IMG/VR virus record: IMGVR_UViG_3300014911_000001 | Location: 111,797 to 175,796 of that record | Origin: a virus | Reading direction: 5' to 3' (one strand) | DNA length: 64,000 nt | In this document: one piece after another, positions 59,474 to 64,000 of the stretch | How the letters are laid out: each line of letters opens with the position of its first letter | How positions within the stretch are numbered: position 1 is the stretch's first letter | Made by a program: the position numbers and the translations under genes | Notes under the pieces: model-generated | The model's input: only the letters and a program-made list of their open reading frames with translations | Database searches by the model: none | What the model was told of the DNA's origin: nothing

Positions 59474-61429
59474 ATGAAAATATTAAAAATAGTAGGAGCT
59501 ATCTTACTGTTGTCATCGGTGGTGTTAGGTGTTGTACCAAGCAAGCTTATGTATATGGGAAGGTTGGCTGATGCTGATAATCATGTTGTTAATGGATATG
59601 TAGAGATGAGGTTTAAGTTTTATTCAGACAGTACAGGGACAACGCCTTTTAAAACGATTGAATTTGTTGGTGATGATTCCATTGAGGTTTCGGCGGGTTA
59701 CTTCTTTGTTGTTATGGATTTATCAGATGTTATTGATTCACTTAACCAGACGGTCTATCTTGAGGTTGATATTTATAACAAAAGCACATCAAGTTGGGAA
59801 ACATCTGCAGAGAGGGAGAGGCTTGTAGCGCAGGTACCATATACAATATGGGCCCACCGATCGGCTGTGGCTGAAACTGCAAATGTTATTAGTTCTGGTG
59901 CTGTGCAGACAAGTACACCTATAACAGGTGATGGAACCTCTAGTAGTCCTATTTCGCTTACATATGGATCGGGGCTTACACTTTCAGGATCTGTTTTGAT
60001 CGTAGATTTTGATAATAGTACTATTGATACTAATTCAGCAGGTAAGATAAGAGTTAAACCCAGTGGTATTACATCAACAGAGATTAATGATGATGTTGTG
60101 TTTTCCAAGGTGCAGAATGCTTCTGGGACATTACAATTTGCAGTTACTGATGGTAATGCAGCATTACAGTTTGCGGCTTCGGGTATGAATTCAGTTTCAT
60201 TCGATTCGGATAACCATAGAGTGACATATACCGCAACAGCTAATACCAATGTTCCTATTACAGGAAATGGTACATCCGGATCTCCTCTTAGTTTAAACTA
60301 TGGTACTGGACTTACATTATCGGGATCGGATCTTATTATTAATGAGAGTGATATTCCATATACGCCGTCAGATGTATCTGATTGGAGTGGTAGTGTGGAT
60401 CCCGGGGATGTAAATGATGCATTAGACCAATTGGCTAGTAGAACTACCAATCTTGAAAGTGGTAGCAATAATAATTATATTCGTAATCAATATTCATCTG
60501 CACAATCAGCAAGTTTTTGGATTAGTGGAAAGGGCAAAGCCAGTCAGTTAATTGCTGTGGATACTTTATTCCTAGGTGATATTTTAAAAATATATTTGAA
60601 GGGAGATACAATATTCTATGCATCTGATTCAGTATTAGATTTTGGCGGCGGCTTAATAATTGAGAAAGATAATGATGTGAAGGTAACAGCTGATCTTTAT
60701 ATTCCGAGTGCAACAGTGAATACTGCGGCAAGTACATTGTTAGCTATAACAAATGGCAAAGTAGAAAAAATTCTAAAATCAAGTGTGACGGCTGGTGTAT
60801 CTTCTATTACCGGTGGTCTTGGTCTAGAACCTGATGATGCATCAACTGGTGATGTTACAATGACTGTTGATATGACGGAGCTTCATCTTAAAGGGTTGGT
60901 TGCAACCACATATGATTCGTTGAGGGTAAAAATAGATGGTAATACAATATGTTTTGGTGGCTCTAATGAATTACAGGTTTGTTATGGTGGTATATCAACA
61001 AATCATATCAGTGACGGTACAATTATTGATAATGATATATCTTCCAGTGCAGCTATACAGTGGACGAAGATAAGTAAATCAGGATCTTCCATAGATGATT
61101 TAGGTGATGTAAATACGAGTTCAGCGGCTTCAGGGGATATTTTGTATTATGATGGTAGTAAGTGGACGATTCTTTCGGCTGGTACAAGTGGCTATGTACT
61201 TCATACGAATGGAGCTGGGGCGGCGCCTTCATGGGGTACAATGGCTGATTTAATAGCAGGAGATGGTCTAAAATATACATCAGCTGGAAATTATAATGGT
61301 ATAGATGATAAAACACTTCAAATAGATATAGCAGATTCATCTCTAACATTTTCTGGTTCTAAGTTAAAGGTTTCATTAGGCAAGGCGACCTTGACAACAA
61401 CGAATTATAAAATATATAGAAATTATTAA
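59474..61429 (+). CDS. Secreted fibre/adhesin-like protein, paralog A (651 aa)
   Basis: Signal peptide MKILKIVGAILLLSSVVLG; N-terminal domain VP...YMGRLAD...NG...MRFKFY...V-x2-GYF...VPY; Ser/Gly/Thr fibre repeats; RBS AGGAGG. Confidence 0.75.
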   Translation: MKILKIVGAILLLSSVVLGVVPSKLMYMGRLADADNHVVNGYVEMRFKFYSDSTGTTPFKTIEFVGDDSIEVSAGYFFVVMDLSDVIDSLNQTVYLEVDIYNKSTSSWETSAERERLVAQVPYTIWAHRSAVAETANVISSGAVQTSTPITGDGTSSSPISLTYGSGLTLSGSVLIVDFDNSTIDTNSAGKIRVKPSGITSTEINDDVVFSKVQNASGTLQFAVTDGNAALQFAASGMNSVSFDSDNHRVTYTATANTNVPITGNGTSGSPLSLNYGTGLTLSGSDLIINESDIPYTPSDVSDWSGSVDPGDVNDALDQLASRTTNLESGSNNNYIRNQYSSAQSASFWISGKGKASQLIAVDTLFLGDILKIYLKGDTIFYASDSVLDFGGGLIIEKDNDVKVTADLYIPSATVNTAASTLLAITNGKVEKILKSSVTAGVSSITGGLGLEPDDASTGDVTMTVDMTELHLKGLVATTYDSLRVKIDGNTICFGGSNELQVCYGGISTNHISDGTIIDNDISSSAAIQWTKISKSGSSIDDLGDVNTSSAASGDILYYDGSKWTILSAGTSGYVLHTNGAGAAPSWGTMADLIAGDGLKYTSAGNYNGIDDKTLQIDIADSSLTFSGSKLKVSLGKATLTTTNYKIYRNY

Positions 61430-61441
61430 GGGGGTGGAACA

Positions 61442-63397
61442 ATGAAACGCTATATAGCCATAATTGTTTTGTTGTCCTTTACGCTATCATTTGCTCTTGT
61501 GCCCATGAAAATTGTGTATAAAGGGCGGCTTACTGATGCTAATAATAAAGTGCTGAATGGTACTTATGACATGATATTTAGAATTTATGATGGTGGTTGT
61601 AATAGTGATTGCTCGGAGTGTACAGGTACCAAGCTTACCGATGATACGGTATCTGTTGAAGTGAATGATGGTTACTTCCATCATGTTATTGATCTATCGT
61701 CTGTATCATTAGAAAAATTAAATAAGCAACTGTTTTTGGAAATATGGGTTAAATATGGAGATTTTGAAAGGCTGTGCCCTCGCGAGACGCTATACACGCG
61801 GGCTCCTTATACTATATGGGCGAGATCAAGTGCTGTGGCTGAGACAGCAAATGTAGTGGGGAGCGGGGCTGTTAATACAAGTGCGCCTGTTGCAGGTGAT
61901 GGGACAGCAAGCAGTCCTATAACATTATCATATGGAGGCGGGCTTACCCTATCAGGTAGTGCATTGATAATCGCATTTGATAATAGTACTATTGATACCA
62001 ATTCTGCTGGTAAGGTTCGTGTTAAACCCGGTGGCATTACATCGACGGAAATTAATGATGGAGTTGTATTTTCATCTATACAAAATAGTTCTGGTACTGA
62101 ACAGTTTACTGTTACTGATGGCAATACCGCATTACAATTTGCTGCATCGGGGATGAATTCCGTTTCGTTTAATTCAACTTATAACCGTATTACTTATACA
62201 GCGACGGCTTCAGTAAGTGCTCCTATCACAGGTAATGGAACATCAGGATCGCCTATAGGCTTAAACTATAGTACGGGGCTTACATTATCTGGTTCCAGTT
62301 TGATTATAGATGAAAATAATATCCCATATACTCCTAGTGATCTAACGGATTGGAATGGTAGTGCTGATCCGGGCGATGTTGATGATGGTTTAGATCAATT
62401 AGCTGATCGTGTGAAGTCTATTGAAGGTGGTAATAATACGAACTATATTCAAAATCAGTATGGTACAGCTCAGTCAGCTAATTTCTGGATTGGTGGAAAA
62501 GGCAAGGCTGGTCAGCTTACTGCTATTGATACATTGTTCCTTAATAATGTGCTAAAGATTTACCTAAGTGGAAATACAATATATTATGCCTCGGATTCCG
62601 TTTTAGATTTTGGCGGTGGCTTAATAATTGAAAAGGACAACGATGTGAAAGTTAATGCTGATCTTTATGTTCCGAATGCATCAGTGAATTCATCGGCAGA
62701 AACGCTATTGGCTATAACAGGTGGTAAGGTAGAAAAGATATTGAGGTCTAGCGTTACAGCTGGCGTATCGTCTATCACTGGTGGTTTAGGTCTCAATCCT
62801 GATGCTGTGACAGAGGGTGATGTTGTAATGACTGTTGATATGACAGAGCTTCGTCTTAAGGGATTGGTGGCAACTACATATGATTCACTAAGGGTCAAGG
62901 TAGATGGCAATACTATATGTTTTGGTGGTTCTAATGAGTTGAAGGTTTGTACTGGTGGAATATCAACGACTCACATTAGTGATGGAACTATAGTTGATAA
63001 TGACATAAGCGCCACAGCTAATATAGCATGGAGTAAAATTAACAAATCTGGTTCATCGATAGATGATATAGGGGATGTTAGTACATCAGGGGCAGCAAAC
63101 GGTGCGCTTCTTTACTATAATGGATCATCATGGGTTGATTTATCCCCAGGTACAAGCGGTTATGTCCTAAGAACTAATGGAGCAGGCTCGGCGCCTTCAT
63201 GGAGCACACTAAATAGTTTATCAGCAGGTGATGGACTTACATATGTTTCAGGTGGGCCATATAATGGTATGAGTGATCTGACGCTAAAGGTTGATATAGC
63301 TGATTCATCTCTTACTATTATAGGTGGCAAGCTTGCTGTTACCCATGGAAGCCCGGTGGCTACGTCTAGTAATTTCAAGTTATATAATAATCATTAA
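61442..63397 (+). CDS. Secreted fibre/adhesin-like protein, paralog B (651 aa)
   Basis: Signal peptide MKRYIAIIVLLSFTLSFA; collinear with paralog A, roughly 70% identical by eye after the N-terminal domain. Confidence 0.75.
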   Translation: MKRYIAIIVLLSFTLSFALVPMKIVYKGRLTDANNKVLNGTYDMIFRIYDGGCNSDCSECTGTKLTDDTVSVEVNDGYFHHVIDLSSVSLEKLNKQLFLEIWVKYGDFERLCPRETLYTRAPYTIWARSSAVAETANVVGSGAVNTSAPVAGDGTASSPITLSYGGGLTLSGSALIIAFDNSTIDTNSAGKVRVKPGGITSTEINDGVVFSSIQNSSGTEQFTVTDGNTALQFAASGMNSVSFNSTYNRITYTATASVSAPITGNGTSGSPIGLNYSTGLTLSGSSLIIDENNIPYTPSDLTDWNGSADPGDVDDGLDQLADRVKSIEGGNNTNYIQNQYGTAQSANFWIGGKGKAGQLTAIDTLFLNNVLKIYLSGNTIYYASDSVLDFGGGLIIEKDNDVKVNADLYVPNASVNSSAETLLAITGGKVEKILRSSVTAGVSSITGGLGLNPDAVTEGDVVMTVDMTELRLKGLVATTYDSLRVKVDGNTICFGGSNELKVCTGGISTTHISDGTIVDNDISATANIAWSKINKSGSSIDDIGDVSTSGAANGALLYYNGSSWVDLSPGTSGYVLRTNGAGSAPSWSTLNSLSAGDGLTYVSGGPYNGMSDLTLKVDIADSSLTIIGGKLAVTHGSPVATSSNFKLYNNH

Positions 63398-63412
63398 TAA
63401 GGAGTAGTTGAT

Positions 63413-64000
63413 ATGAAGCCGCGGCTTCTTCTACTCATCAGCATTCTTATGATTATTAATACATGTTTAGCAGGTGTGCCTAAGGTATTGATGATAAAGA
63501 GGCAACTGGCCAGTAGTGATGGATCTGTCATAAATGGGGATACGACTATTGCCATATGTATATATGATGTTGGATGTAGTGGTAGTGATTGTCCTGATGC
63601 ATGTACGGGCAGTCCTATAGTATGTGATACGCAGGTAGTAACTGTAAGCGGCGGCTACTTCTACTTCAAATTAGATTTATCATCAGTGGATGATTCATAT
63701 TTATCAGATACTCTCTATCTTATGGTTTCAGTAAAAAATGGTGGATCTTATGAGGATCTATGTCCTAGGGAGACTCTTTATGCGACGCATACATATGCAC
63801 TGAGTTCACATATTGCAGATAAATCATATAATAGTGATAGTTTGGGCGGACATCCACCGAGCTATTATTTAGACAATACAGTTGACACATTTATAGCATA
63901 CTGGAGTTATATAAGGGAAATGCCTTCAGGTTTCGCCGATGGGATAGATGATACAGGTCACTATGAACCCAAAGATACTTTTATAGCATACTGGGATAGC
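63413..64000 (+). CDS. Secreted fibre/adhesin-like protein, paralog C, 3' truncated (not in the ORF track)
   Basis: RBS AAGGAG; reads MKPRLLLLISILMIINTCLAGVPKVLMIKRQLASSDGSVING...VSGGYF...LCPRETLY... and stays open to the window end. Same N-terminal domain as paralog B, then DTFIAYW repeats. Confidence 0.7.
   Translation, partial: MKPRLLLLISILMIINTCLAGVPKVLMIKRQLASSDGSVINGDTTIAICIYDVGCSGSDCPDACTGSPIVCDTQVVTVSGGYFYFKLDLSSVDDSYLSDTLYLMVSVKNGGSYEDLCPRETLYATHTYALSSHIADKSYNSDSLGGHPPSYYLDNTVDTFIAYWSYIREMPSGFADGIDDTGHYEPKDTFIAYWDS

Larger units (their letters stand above)
59474..63397 (+). repeat. Tandem gene duplication (two diverged units of about 1.96 kb)
   Basis: Shared DNA blocks, e.g. TTTGATAATAGTACTATTGATAC near 60008 and 61976, and AATAC(A/T)ATATGTTTTGGTGG near 60941 and 62909. 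Confidence 0.85.
1..64000. repeat. Dispersed over-represented word [GC][GC]GGCTT / AAGCC[GC][GC]
   Basis: Manual tally: roughly 95-100 copies of SSGGCTT on the + strand and about 35 of its reverse complement, almost all inside genes. Confidence 0.8.

Noticed and set aside
355-63378. Numerous short minus-strand ORFs and small nested plus-strand ORFs in the track (e.g. 26967-27515, 28434-28931, 59773-60249, 680-871, 40165-40347)
   Set aside because: All lie within long, motif-bearing + strand genes, lack recognisable domains, and read as antisense or off-frame shadows.
59474-63397. Diversity-generating retroelement (TR/VR pair) as the explanation for the duplicated fibre genes
   Set aside because: Differences are spread over 2 kb and are not adenine-specific; no reverse transcriptase motif is present in the window.
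1-64000. Alternative genetic code, tRNA or rRNA genes, introns or inteins, archaeal host
   Set aside because: Standard-code ORFs tile the window almost without gaps, leaving no room for RNA genes. No intein or homing-endonuclease motifs were recognised. The amidase and sigma70-like promoters indicate a bacterial host.

Overview
This window is the virion-morphogenesis region of a large contractile-tailed (myovirus-like) bacteriophage. All credible genes are on the + strand, tightly packed and often coupled by TAATG/ATGA/TGATG overlaps. The order is: 3' part of a major capsid gene, neck proteins, a 1094-aa tail sheath, three tail-tube-family paralogs, two probable chaperones, four giant proteins (1943, 2353, 1798, 1337 aa), spike/gp25/baseplate-J, about 21 kb of unassignable beta-rich structural genes, and a tandem array of signal-peptide-bearing fibre-like proteins running off the right edge. 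Main findings: (1) the 2353-aa protein carries DEDDh exonuclease motifs followed by motifs of both barrels of a two-barrel RNA polymerase (K-x6-KG, R-x-P, DWDTD), making it a candidate virion-packaged single-chain RNAP-exonuclease fusion. It sits next to a tape-measure-like protein with an apparently dead Cas4/RecB-like nuclease domain. (2) A GC-run+GGCTT / AAGCC+GC-run DNA word is strongly over-represented through the coding sequence. (3) A stand-alone T9SS-type C-terminal sorting domain and Sec-exported fibre paralogs with a shared C-terminal motif suggest an FCB-group host. All calls come from reading motifs and synteny by eye; no database search was run.
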